Positions 29,056-38,236 are shown, numbered from the stretch's first letter. The stretch: DNA of 58,134 nt from Paracoccaceae bacterium (GCA_039767595.1 JBDNBY010000080.1:1-58134), one strand, 5' to 3'. A program made the numbers and translations. Notes: generated by a model not told the origin, from the sequence alone.

Positions 29056-29989
29056 AAATTTTTCGACCCGCTACCGCGTGGGTGTTTTACTCTTTGATGA
29101 GTTTTCGAACCTATGCCTAGCAAATACAATCGAGCCGTTGCGCGCCGTGAACCGGATCTTGGGGCAAGAGATCTATGACTGGCAGTTCCTCTCAATGGAT
29201 GGGGCGGCGCTACGGTCCTCAAGCGGGCTACCTGTCCAGCCTGACGCCGCGCTGCGCGATCACGAGGGCGGCGATATGCTGGTTTTAATGCCGTCATATG
29301 GGTACAAAAACCTTGTGACACCCGATCTGTGTAAAACGTTACGGGCCCGCTGCGCGCTCTATGCGCATATTTTGGCGCTCGACATGGGCGCATGGCTGGT
29401 GGCTGCGGCTGGCTTGCCGGCCACACAGTTGACAGTGCATTGGGACGCCTTTGATGAATTGGCCGAGCAGTTTCCACAGATCAACGTCACGCCTGAGCGG
29501 TATGTCATCGATGGAAAATGGATCAGCTCAGGGGGCGCTATGACCACGCTTGAATTGATGCTTGAGTGGATCACACGCCGCCATGGGGCCAAACTCGCAA
29601 TCGAAGTTGCATCGCTGTTTATGCACGGCGAGCGGGATCCGCATTTGGATCCGCATCAGCGCACACCGCGCGATCGCCTTGTCTATGCGGCCACAGCCAA
29701 AATGCGCCGTGCGCTTGAGGAGCCCCTCCAGATCCCGCAATTGGCCAAGTCCCTTGGCACAACTCAGCGTAAATTAGAGACGCAATTTCAAGCAGTTCTT
29801 GGCGCCACGCCGCATCAGATTTACACAAGCATGCGCATGCATGAGGCCCGCCGCCTTGTGGCCACCACACAGCTGAGCATCAGTGAAATCGCAGGGCGCT
29901 GTGGCTACCTAGATCCGACCGCCCTCACCCGTAGGTTTCGCCAAGAATTCGGTCAATCCCCACAAGAGCTGCGCCGTCAACTCCCTTAA
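29042..29989 (+). CDS. GlxA/AraC-family regulator with DJ-1/PfpI-like N-domain (CdhR/GbdR-like)
   Basis: 315-aa ORF. The N-terminal amidotransferase-like domain (VGVLLFDEFSNL) is followed by a C-terminal AraC HTH (ISEIAGRCGYLDPTALTRRFRQEFGQSP). It is divergent from the carnitine operon. Confidence 0.8.
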   Translation: MQNLTNFSTRYRVGVLLFDEFSNLCLANTIEPLRAVNRILGQEIYDWQFLSMDGAALRSSSGLPVQPDAALRDHEGGDMLVLMPSYGYKNLVTPDLCKTLRARCALYAHILALDMGAWLVAAAGLPATQLTVHWDAFDELAEQFPQINVTPERYVIDGKWISSGGAMTTLELMLEWITRRHGAKLAIEVASLFMHGERDPHLDPHQRTPRDRLVYAATAKMRRALEEPLQIPQLAKSLGTTQRKLETQFQAVLGATPHQIYTSMRMHEARRLVATTQLSISEIAGRCGYLDPTALTRRFRQEFGQSPQELRRQLP

Positions 29990-31032
29990 TCCACGGGCTG
30001 CGGATCTTGTAAAATCGACGCTTCCCACGAGGTCAGGAATTTATTGCGTTTGTATTGATCCAAATAAACCAACAAACTTGGCCCCAAACGAATGCGGTTG
30101 ATCGGCACGTCTTGCGTGCCGTCTTGGGCGGTGGTTTGAAAGCTTTGGCCAAAAATCGGACGCTCTGACATGGCGCGCTGGATCAACGTGTCAATAAACT
30201 TGCCGGCATCTTTGGGGTTTTGCGCCGCACTCGGGATAAAGGCTGTGCGCAGCATCACCGTCTCAAAATCTGTGGGCCGCAAAATGACAAAGGCCTCGGC
30301 ATCGCGGCGCGCGGCCGCATAACTGCCGAGCACATTATACGCAACGAGCGCGCTGCCTTGGGCGACGGCATCAATCATATCAGATGAACAGCAGGACAAT
30401 TTCGCCTTCGCCTGCCCCATCACTTCGGTCAAGCGCCAATAGGCCTCTGAGCTGCGGGCATCTTGCGTGGCAAACAAATAGCCCAGCCCCGATTGGCGCA
30501 AATCATACGTAATCACGCGGCCGGCAAAATCATCTGGGTGCGCGCGCATCACGGCGATCAATTCTTGGCGCGAGCGGGGCACAGCGCGCGCTTCAAAATA
30601 TGAGCGTGACAGCACAATCGCCGCCGGCTCTTGGGTAAAAGCAAACAAATGATCGCGCCACGTGGCCCACGATGGCAACGCCCCTGTGGCCACAGATTGA
30701 TAGGACTGTGCATAGCCGTCATTGACGAGCTTCATCTGCAAATCCATCGCACTGGAAATCGCAACATCAAAGGCCGCGCCTTGTTCAATCGCCCGCTTGA
30801 CCTGCGACGAGCTGGCGACTGTATACTCAATCCCAAGGTTTGGATGCTGCGTCATAAACTCTGTGATCACGGGCGCAAAGAGATCGATATCAACCGTTGA
30901 AATCACCGCAATGCGCGCGGATGCATCCGCAGGACCAAATCGCTCAAACGCCTCAATCTCGAACGCCGCACCGCGCAGTGCGCTCAGTGCCACGCCCAAA
31001 ATCAAACAGGCGGAAAATGCAAAGTGACGCAT
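29986..31032 (-). CDS. orphan periplasmic solute-binding protein (type II PBP, Fe3+/polyamine-like fold)
   Basis: 348-aa ORF with a signal peptide (FSACLILGVALSALRGAAF). It has no adjacent permease or ATPase. Its start overlaps the last 31 nt of the sensor kinase gene. Confidence 0.65.
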   Translation of the reverse strand: MRHFAFSACLILGVALSALRGAAFEIEAFERFGPADASARIAVISTVDIDLFAPVITEFMTQHPNLGIEYTVASSSQVKRAIEQGAAFDVAISSAMDLQMKLVNDGYAQSYQSVATGALPSWATWRDHLFAFTQEPAAIVLSRSYFEARAVPRSRQELIAVMRAHPDDFAGRVITYDLRQSGLGYLFATQDARSSEAYWRLTEVMGQAKAKLSCCSSDMIDAVAQGSALVAYNVLGSYAAARRDAEAFVILRPTDFETVMLRTAFIPSAAQNPKDAGKFIDTLIQRAMSERPIFGQSFQTTAQDGTQDVPINRIRLGPSLLVYLDQYKRNKFLTSWEASILQDPQPVD

Positions 31033-32378
31033 GCGCCCGCTCCTTTTTTATTGTCCAAGCTCAGACGCCCCCCATGGGCGATCATCACCTCTTGGACAAT
31101 CGTGAGCCCCAAACCAGAGCCGATCACCCCCTCACTGCCGCGCCCGCGTGCAAAACGGTCGATCATTTGGGATTGCTCGGCGCTGTCGAACCCCGCGCCA
31201 TAATCTACAACGTTCACCCGTGCCCCTTGGTCGGTTTCCCGTACGCTGAGGTGAACATCCGTCTCAATAGGGGCGTATTTGATTGCGTTATCCAGCACAT
31301 TGCTCAGGGCATTATGCAGCAAAATCGCATCTGCGCGCACGATCACCGGCCCCGTCGTAAAGACAGTGATTTGAATATCGCGTAACATTGCCACAGGTTC
31401 CAACCGCTCCACCACATCATGAACAAGATGCGTTAGATCAAGATCTTGTTGAGCCAAATGATCGGTCCGCAAGCTGACCATCGCATGATCCAAGATTTGC
31501 CCTGCTGCGCGGCTGCTTTGATCAATCGCGCGGATCATATGCCTTAGGCGCTGTTTGTTTTCGTCTTTGGACACATGGCGCAAGGCCACCTCGGCTTGGG
31601 ATCGTACGGTGGCCAAAGGGGTGCGGATGCGATGGGCGGCCTCTGTGATGAAATCTTCTGACCGCTGAAGCGAGCGTGTCAATCGCCCCATAAATCCATT
31701 AAGCGCATGCACCAATGGCACCATTTCGCGCGGCACAGGCGCGCCCACAGGGCGCAGATCCGTCGGCCCACGCCGCGCCACCGAAGCCGTCAGGCGATTG
31801 ATCGGCTCAACCGCCAGTGCCGACACGCCATACCCCAAAGCACCCAGCAAAATCGCCATCATCACCCCCACCATCCCCGCGCGCAACGACATGCGCCGCA
31901 GCAATGCCGCCTGTGCCGTCCGCGTTTGGGCAACGATAACGGTGATCACATGCGAAGTTGCGCCAATCACGACCGTGCGCGAGACCGTGCCAACCCGCGT
32001 CTCTTCGCCGCGATACGGCACTGTGACAAAGCGCGCGGCGGCTTGCGCCGGCGCGGGGCGGGGTAAATCGTCGTAGCCGGTGATAAACTGGTCGTCTTGA
32101 AGCACGGCATAAAAGACGCGCTCATCGCTGATCGTGCCGAGCATTGTAAAGGCAGAGACAGGAATATCGATATCGATCTGACCCTCTCGCCCGCGGATAT
32201 TCTCCAAAATGGCAGTGGCCGAAGCGGCGATAATTTCGTCTTGGCTTTCTTCGATGACTGTCGCGGAAAATTCACGCAACAACATAAAAATCACAAGGCT
32301 CAGTCCAAATGTCCCAAGCAACAAAACCGCCAATAGACGATACAGGATGGATCCCTTTTGATGGACTGCAGGGGTCAT
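31002..32378 (-). CDS. sensor histidine kinase (TctE-like)
   Basis: Two TM segments flank a periplasmic domain. The H-box (EAAHRIRTPLATV), N-box (DNAIKYAP) and G2 box (GSGLGLTIV) are present. The ATG at 32378 overlaps the regulator stop (ATGA), whereas the track uses a GTG at 32384. Confidence 0.9.
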   Translation of the reverse strand: MTPAVHQKGSILYRLLAVLLLGTFGLSLVIFMLLREFSATVIEESQDEIIAASATAILENIRGREGQIDIDIPVSAFTMLGTISDERVFYAVLQDDQFITGYDDLPRPAPAQAAARFVTVPYRGEETRVGTVSRTVVIGATSHVITVIVAQTRTAQAALLRRMSLRAGMVGVMMAILLGALGYGVSALAVEPINRLTASVARRGPTDLRPVGAPVPREMVPLVHALNGFMGRLTRSLQRSEDFITEAAHRIRTPLATVRSQAEVALRHVSKDENKQRLRHMIRAIDQSSRAAGQILDHAMVSLRTDHLAQQDLDLTHLVHDVVERLEPVAMLRDIQITVFTTGPVIVRADAILLHNALSNVLDNAIKYAPIETDVHLSVRETDQGARVNVVDYGAGFDSAEQSQMIDRFARGRGSEGVIGSGLGLTIVQEVMIAHGGRLSLDNKKGAGACVTLHFPPV

Positions 32379-33040
32379 GTGCACACCAATTTATAGCCAA
32401 GACCGCGTTCGGTTTTGATGTGCACCCCAGTGCCCTCTAGATGCTTGCGCAAGCGGCCAACATACACTTCGATCGCGTTTTCGGTGACTTCGGTGTCTAG
32501 GGAAAACAACCTATCCACTAAATGAGATTTTGAAAAAATCTGTTGAGGGGCGGCCGCAAAGACTTCGAACAAACGCAACTCGCGATTGCGCAACTGCACG
32601 CGGCGCGCGTCAGATGTCAGCGTGCCTGCCACGGGGTCAAAGGCGACATCCGACAAAGTGATGACATTTTGAGCCGCCCCTCCGATTCGGCGCACAACAG
32701 CACGGCAGCGCGCGTTCAGCTCGGTAAAGTCAAAAGGTTTGGTTAAATAATCATCCGCCCCCAGATCAAGCAAAGACACGCGATCAGAGACCTCTGAGCG
32801 CGCCGTTAAAACGATCACTGGCGTTTTTTGTGACGTTGCCCGCAAAGAGGCTAACACGTCACGCCCATCGCCATCAGGCAGCATTACATCCAGCAAGATC
32901 AGGTCATACGACTCTGTTTTTAAATATGAAAACGCGTCAGACACACTGGCCGCATGATCCACACCATGCCCATCAAGCGATAGATGCTCTTTGACCGCTT
33001 GGGCCAAATCGAGATGATCTTCGACGAGTAGAAATCGCAT
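32375..33040 (-). CDS. OmpR-family response regulator (TctD-like)
   Basis: 221-aa ORF with a receiver domain (LILLDVMLPDGDG) and a winged-helix output domain (VYVGRLRKHL..GLGYKL). Confidence 0.9.
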   Translation of the reverse strand: MRFLLVEDHLDLAQAVKEHLSLDGHGVDHAASVSDAFSYLKTESYDLILLDVMLPDGDGRDVLASLRATSQKTPVIVLTARSEVSDRVSLLDLGADDYLTKPFDFTELNARCRAVVRRIGGAAQNVITLSDVAFDPVAGTLTSDARRVQLRNRELRLFEVFAAAPQQIFSKSHLVDRLFSLDTEVTENAIEVYVGRLRKHLEGTGVHIKTERGLGYKLVCT

Positions 33041-33100
33041 GTACAGTCCCTCGCATGCTCACACCACGCTTTACCACACTTAGGGCGTATAACCTTGTAG

Positions 33101-33120
33101 TGTCAGGTTCTTGTCAGGTT
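33101..33120. promoter_or_regulatory. tandem direct repeat TGTCAGGTT x2 (11-bp period) upstream of tctC
   Basis: The copies at 33101-33109 and 33112-33120 are read directly from the sequence, 59 nt upstream of the tctC ATG. The geometry is typical for OmpR-family binding. Confidence 0.45.
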
Positions 33121-33178
33121 TCACCCGCACCAACATCGCGCAAGTGGCAAGAAATGTCACCGTCAAAGGGAGGATACT

Positions 33179-34162
33179 ATGACGAAATTTTCAATGGGCC
33201 GACGCGCCCTACTCGCTGCAACAGTGGCCGTCAGCATGGCCGGATCGGCCTTTGCCGGTGGACATCAAGTTGTCGAGAGCATTCACTTTATCATTCCAGG
33301 TGGCGCCGGTGGCGGCTGGGATGGCACAGCACGCGGCACAGGCGAAGCGCTGACGGGCGCGGGCCTTGTTGGCAGCGCCTCGTATGAGAACATGTCAGGC
33401 GGCGGCGGCGGCAAGGCGATCGGCTATCTGATCGAAAACGCAGAGAGCAATCATGGCTCTTTGATGGTCAACTCGACACCGATTGTCATTCGCTCGCTCA
33501 CAGGCGTGTTCCCGCACAACTTCCGTGATCTGACACTTGTGGCCGGCACGATTGGTGATTACGCGGCAATGGTCGTGGGCAAAGACAGCCCAATCAACTC
33601 CATGACAGATTTGGTTGCAGCCTACCAAGCGGACCCACGCGGCACCGCGATTGGCGGCGGCTCGGTCCCGGGCGGCATGGATCACCTCGTTGCGGCGATG
33701 GCGATGCAAGCGGCAGGCGAAGATCCAACAGCTGTGAAATACATCCCCTATGATGCAGGCGGCAAAGCCATGGCGGCGTTGCTCTCGGGCGAAATCCAAG
33801 CTCTGTCCACAGGTTTCTCCGAAGCGGTCGCTTTGGCAGAGGCGGGCGAAGTGAAGATTATCGGCGTCACAGCTGACGACCGTGTGCCTGCCTATGCAGA
33901 CGCGCCAACGATGAAAGAGCAAGGCATCGACACAAGCTTTGTCAACTGGCGCGGGTTCTTTGCGGCCCCTGGTCTGCCTGCGGACAAACTTGCGGCCTAT
34001 CAAGACGCGATTGCCAAAATGTATGACACCCCAGAGTGGGAAGCCGTGCGCGCGCGCAACGGTTGGGTCAACATTCACAACTCTGGCGACGATTTTGCAG
34101 CCTTCTTGGAAAACCAAGAAAAAGTCATCGCTGATTTGATGAAGCAGTTGGGCTTTCTCTAA
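33179..34162 (+). CDS. tctC: tripartite tricarboxylate transporter substrate-binding protein (Bug family)
   Basis: 327-aa ORF with a signal peptide and Bug/TctC motifs (IIPGGAGGGWDGTARG, VNWRGFFAAPGLP). Confidence 0.9.
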   Translation: MTKFSMGRRALLAATVAVSMAGSAFAGGHQVVESIHFIIPGGAGGGWDGTARGTGEALTGAGLVGSASYENMSGGGGGKAIGYLIENAESNHGSLMVNSTPIVIRSLTGVFPHNFRDLTLVAGTIGDYAAMVVGKDSPINSMTDLVAAYQADPRGTAIGGGSVPGGMDHLVAAMAMQAAGEDPTAVKYIPYDAGGKAMAALLSGEIQALSTGFSEAVALAEAGEVKIIGVTADDRVPAYADAPTMKEQGIDTSFVNWRGFFAAPGLPADKLAAYQDAIAKMYDTPEWEAVRARNGWVNIHNSGDDFAAFLENQEKVIADLMKQLGFL

Positions 34163-34222
34163 GTCATAACACTGATGGCGCGTCCGGCACAGGTGTTGGG
34201 CGCGTCTCATTTTTTTAAGGAT

Positions 34223-34720
34223 ATGACCATGGCGCTTGATCGGTGGATAGCATTGGCTATCCTGTCAATCTCATTGATTTATGGCTACACGGCGTTTTTT
34301 ACGATGGATGCGCTGCTACCGCCCTTCATGAAATTTAATCCAGTTTGGCCCAGCACCTTTCCCAAAGTACTCTCTGTGTTGGCTGTTGTGACGTCTTTAG
34401 TGATCGTTTTGGGCATTGAAAAGGCCCCGCCAAGCGACAAAACGCCCGACATCGATTACCGCCGCCTAGGAGAGTATCATCTGATCCCAGCGCTGGCGCT
34501 CTTGGCGATGATGGTGGCCTATGCATTGTTGCTGCGTCCCTTGGGGTTTTTGGCCTCAACATTTCTATTTCTCTCACTCTCATCGCTGATCCTAGGGGAG
34601 CGGCGCTATGTGATTATTGTTCTGGCCAGTTCGATTGCCGCGGGCGGCATTTGGTATTTGGTCGAACAGGTTTTGGGCATTTTCTTGCGCCCTTGGCCCC
34701 TATTTATCGTTGGAGGCTGA
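34223..34720 (+). CDS. tctB: tripartite tricarboxylate transporter small membrane subunit
   Basis: A 4-TM protein of about 165 aa lying between tctC and tctA. The ATG at 34223 has an AAGGA RBS, whereas the track ORF starts at 34175. Confidence 0.7.
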   Translation: MTMALDRWIALAILSISLIYGYTAFFTMDALLPPFMKFNPVWPSTFPKVLSVLAVVTSLVIVLGIEKAPPSDKTPDIDYRRLGEYHLIPALALLAMMVAYALLLRPLGFLASTFLFLSLSSLILGERRYVIIVLASSIAAGGIWYLVEQVLGIFLRPWPLFIVGG

Positions 34721-34721
34721 C

Positions 34722-36239
34722 ATGCTTGAAGGTTTTTTAATGGGCCTATCGGCGGCCTTTTCGCTGACCAATATCTTAATGGTGATCGCAGGGTGTTTGA
34801 TCGGTACGTTTATCGGCATGCTGCCCGGCCTTGGCCCCATGTCGATCATCGCGATCATGATCCCCGTGGCCATTACCTTGGGCGACCCCTCAGCGGCCCT
34901 TATTCTATTGGCGGGCGTCTATTACGGCGCGATTTTTGGCGGCTCGACCTCGTCTATTTTGCTCAATGCGCCGGGGGTGGCCGGCACGGTCGCCAGTAGT
35001 TTTGACGGCTATCCAATGGCCCGCAAAGGCCAAGCCGGCAAAGCGCTGACCATTGCGGCGATTTCGTCATTTGCGGGCGGCACAATCGGTGCGCTGCTGC
35101 TCATGATATTTGCCCCCATGCTGTCATCCGTGGCGCTCTTGTTTCATTCTGCTGAATATTTTGCCCTGATGGTTGTCGGCCTTTCTGCCATTGCGGCCTT
35201 TGCCGGCACCGGTAATGTGGCTAAGGCTGTGCTCATGACACTGCTTGGGTTGATCATGGCGACGGTGGGCGAAGGCGCCTTGTTTAATATGCCGCGATTT
35301 ACCATGGGCCTGATGGATTTGCAGTCTGGCTTTAGCTTTATCACTTTGGCGATGGCGATGTTTGCCTTGCCCGAGGCAATTTTTCTCGTTCTCAACCCAT
35401 CGCGCGTGGCCCAAGATAAGTCCCAAGGTGAGATCAAAGATCTACGCATCACCAGAGCCGAGGCGCGTGCCATTGCCCCAGTGATTGGCCGCCAATCACT
35501 CCAAGGGTTTTTCATTGGCGTCCTGCCCGGGGCCGGCGCGACGATCGCCTCATTTCTGGGATACGCCGTGGAACGCAACATCGCCACCAAAGACGAACAG
35601 GCCGAGTTTGGCAAAGGCTCGATCAAAGGGCTCGCAGCCCCTGAGACGGCTAATAACGCCGCCTGCACGGGGTCATTTGTGCCATTGCTGACATTGGGGA
35701 TCCCTGGCTCGGGCACAACGGCCATTCTATTGGGCGCGTTGATTGCGCTCAATGTCACGCCAGGTCCGCGGTTAATGATCGATAACCCTCAGATTTTCTG
35801 GGCCGTGATCATTTCAATGTATATCGGGAACTTAGTGCTGTTGGTGCTCAACCTTCCTTTGATCCCTTATATCGCGAAAATTCTGACGATCCCGCGGAGC
35901 TTTTTGATCCCGTTTATTTTGTTCTTCACCCTCATGGGCAGCTATATCGGACAAAACAACGCGACAGAGCTGTTGATCCTTGTCGGATTTGGCGTGGCGG
36001 CGACTATCTTGCGATTTGCCGACTATCCGCTCGCGCCCTTGCTGATTGGGTTCATTTTGGGCCGCATGCTAGAGGATAATTTCTCGCGCTCCATGCAGCT
36101 CTATGATGGGTTGGGCTTTATCTTAGAGCGGCCGATGACCGTGGGGCTTTTGGTGATTGCCGTGCTACTTGTTGTCGTGCCCTCTTATCGCGCACGGCGC
36201 GCCAGAGCCCGCAGCGCAGGGATTGCCGATGGCGATTAA
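34722..36239 (+). CDS. tctA: tripartite tricarboxylate transporter large permease
   Basis: A polytopic protein of about 505 aa with the TctA N-terminus MLEGFLMGL. It starts 1 nt after the tctB stop, whereas the track ORF begins at 34617 inside tctB. Confidence 0.9.
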   Translation: MLEGFLMGLSAAFSLTNILMVIAGCLIGTFIGMLPGLGPMSIIAIMIPVAITLGDPSAALILLAGVYYGAIFGGSTSSILLNAPGVAGTVASSFDGYPMARKGQAGKALTIAAISSFAGGTIGALLLMIFAPMLSSVALLFHSAEYFALMVVGLSAIAAFAGTGNVAKAVLMTLLGLIMATVGEGALFNMPRFTMGLMDLQSGFSFITLAMAMFALPEAIFLVLNPSRVAQDKSQGEIKDLRITRAEARAIAPVIGRQSLQGFFIGVLPGAGATIASFLGYAVERNIATKDEQAEFGKGSIKGLAAPETANNAACTGSFVPLLTLGIPGSGTTAILLGALIALNVTPGPRLMIDNPQIFWAVIISMYIGNLVLLVLNLPLIPYIAKILTIPRSFLIPFILFFTLMGSYIGQNNATELLILVGFGVAATILRFADYPLAPLLIGFILGRMLEDNFSRSMQLYDGLGFILERPMTVGLLVIAVLLVVVPSYRARRARARSAGIADGD

Positions 36240-37425
36240 GCCGCTTAGTGGGATCCGCGTGCTCGATCTAACCAATGTGCTCGCGGGTCCGTTTTGCTGT
36301 CACCAACTGGCGCATATGGGCGCCGATGTTATCAAGGTCGAAGCGCCACATCGCGGGGATCTGGCACGCAATCTCGGGGCGGATGCCGCGCTGAATGCCA
36401 AGCGCATGGGCGTATCGTTCCTAGCGCAAAACGCTGGCAAAAAATCCGTCACTGTGAACTTAAAATCTCCGCAAGGCAAAGCTCTGTTCAAACGTCTTGT
36501 GGCCACGGCAGATGTCGTTGTTGAAAATTTCCGCCCCTCGGTGATGGCGCGGCTTGGCCTTGAGTATGACATCCTCAAAGACGTGCAACCTACGCTGATT
36601 TACTGCGCGATCTCTGGCTTTGGTCAAGATGGGCCATGGGTGGATCGCCCCGCCTATGATCAAATCATTCAAGGCGCGGCAGGGGTCATGTCGATCACCG
36701 GCGATGCGCAGAGCGCGCCACTGCGCACGGGATATCCTGTGGCGGACACGATGGGTGGAATGACGGCGGCTTTTGCGATTTGTGCTGCACTCAATGCGCG
36801 CCCGCGCGGGGCATTTTTGGATGTATCCATGATGGAAGCCGTGATGGCCAGCATGGGCTGGGTGATCTCGAATTTTGCCATCGCAGGTCAAGCGCCCTGC
36901 CCCAATGGCAATGAAAATCCGACCTCGGCCCCCTCTGGCACATTTGACACGCTAGATCGCCCCCTCAACATCGCGGCCAATAAAGATGAGCAATGGGTCG
37001 CATTATGCGCACATCTTGGCCTAAGCGCGCTGTGCGACGATCCGCTGTATCACACGCGCGAGGCGCGCAAAGCCAACCGGCTTGCCTTAAAGGCCGAGCT
37101 AGAAAGCGTGCTGCGCACTCAGCCCGCGGCACAATGGGAAGACGAGCTGAACGCCATAGGCGTACCGGCGGGCGCCGTGCTCAGCGTTCAAGATGCCCTC
37201 GCCCATCCGCAGATTTCACAGCGCGGCTTTATGGCGCATTTCGCCGATGTGCCAGGCGTCGGCCGCGACATCGAGCTGGTCAGCACTGGGATCAAATTCA
37301 ACGGCGCGCCTTTGTCCGTGGACACCCCGCCGCCGCAACTGGACCAAGATGCCACGTCCGTCTGGGGCGCGCTCGGGCTAAGTGCGGAAGAAATTCAAGA
37401 GTATAAATCAATAGGTGCCCTATGA
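36229..37425 (+). CDS. family III (CaiB/BaiF) CoA-transferase
   Basis: The N-terminus is LSGIRVLDLTNVLAGPFC and the catalytic Asp context is GYPVADTMGG. The ATG at 36229 overlaps the tctA end by 11 nt. Confidence 0.9.
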   Translation: MAIKPLSGIRVLDLTNVLAGPFCCHQLAHMGADVIKVEAPHRGDLARNLGADAALNAKRMGVSFLAQNAGKKSVTVNLKSPQGKALFKRLVATADVVVENFRPSVMARLGLEYDILKDVQPTLIYCAISGFGQDGPWVDRPAYDQIIQGAAGVMSITGDAQSAPLRTGYPVADTMGGMTAAFAICAALNARPRGAFLDVSMMEAVMASMGWVISNFAIAGQAPCPNGNENPTSAPSGTFDTLDRPLNIAANKDEQWVALCAHLGLSALCDDPLYHTREARKANRLALKAELESVLRTQPAAQWEDELNAIGVPAGAVLSVQDALAHPQISQRGFMAHFADVPGVGRDIELVSTGIKFNGAPLSVDTPPPQLDQDATSVWGALGLSAEEIQEYKSIGAL

Positions 37426-38231
37426 GTGATGTTGCCGATTGGTGGACAACCGCCATTATCGATATGGAGCCGGGGAAAATCGATTTGCGCGGCCATCCCA
37501 TTCAAAGTTTAATTGGCACGCTCAGCTTTGCGCAAATGGTCTGGTTGATGACCCGTGGTGATCTGCCCACGGATGGCCAAAGCGTTCTGTTTGAGGCGGC
37601 GCTTGTCTCGGCGGTCGATCATGGCCCGCAGGCCCCATCGATTGCCGCGGCGCGCATGGCGGTGACCTGCGGCCTGCCGCTCAATAACGCGATGGCGACA
37701 GGGGTTAATATGCTGGGCGATGTGCATGGCGGCGCAGGCGAACAAGCGATCGAGCTTTATCACATCATCGCAGAGCTTGATCACAGCGGCATTGAGATGC
37801 CCCACGCCATCGCCCAAGGGATTGCACAGTGGCAACAGACACGCTCGCCCTATCTGCCTGGGTTTGGTCATAGGTTCCACAAACCTGTTGATCCACGCGC
37901 CCCGCGATTGATGCAGCTTGTGCAGGAGGCCGCACAAGCGGGCGTCATCCACGGTACATTTCGCGAGATTGCATTGGGTGTTGAGGCGCATCTCAGCGCT
38001 ACCAAAAAGCGGCCCATCCCCATGAATATAGATGGGGCCACAGCAGTGATCTACGCCGAGCTGGGCTTTGCCCCGCCATTGGCACGCGGGCTGTTTTGTA
38101 TATCGCGCTCGGTTGGCATCTTGGCCCATGCATGGGAACAACAACAGCAAGGCGGCCGAAACAAAGGCCCGACACCGCCTCAGTACCGCTGGACATACGT
38201 GCCCAATGCAGCGCCCGAGGGTCACGAGTAG
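37422..38231 (+). CDS. short citrate-synthase-family protein (citryl-CoA lyase type)
   Basis: 269 aa, corresponding to the catalytic part of citrate synthase. The equivalents of the three catalytic residues are seen (DVHGGAGE, PGFGHRFHKPVDPR, MNIDGATAV). There is an ATGA overlap with the CoA-transferase gene. Confidence 0.75.
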   Translation: MSDVADWWTTAIIDMEPGKIDLRGHPIQSLIGTLSFAQMVWLMTRGDLPTDGQSVLFEAALVSAVDHGPQAPSIAAARMAVTCGLPLNNAMATGVNMLGDVHGGAGEQAIELYHIIAELDHSGIEMPHAIAQGIAQWQQTRSPYLPGFGHRFHKPVDPRAPRLMQLVQEAAQAGVIHGTFREIALGVEAHLSATKKRPIPMNIDGATAVIYAELGFAPPLARGLFCISRSVGILAHAWEQQQQGGRNKGPTPPQYRWTYVPNAAPEGHE

Positions 38232-38236
38232 AGATC

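Noticed and set aside
33395-34210. A 271-aa minus-strand ORF lies opposite tctC. The similar 37509-38258 ORF (249 aa) lies opposite the citryl-CoA-lyase-type gene.
   Set aside because: Both overlap confidently identified genes, have no motifs, and are Arg/Cys/His-rich.
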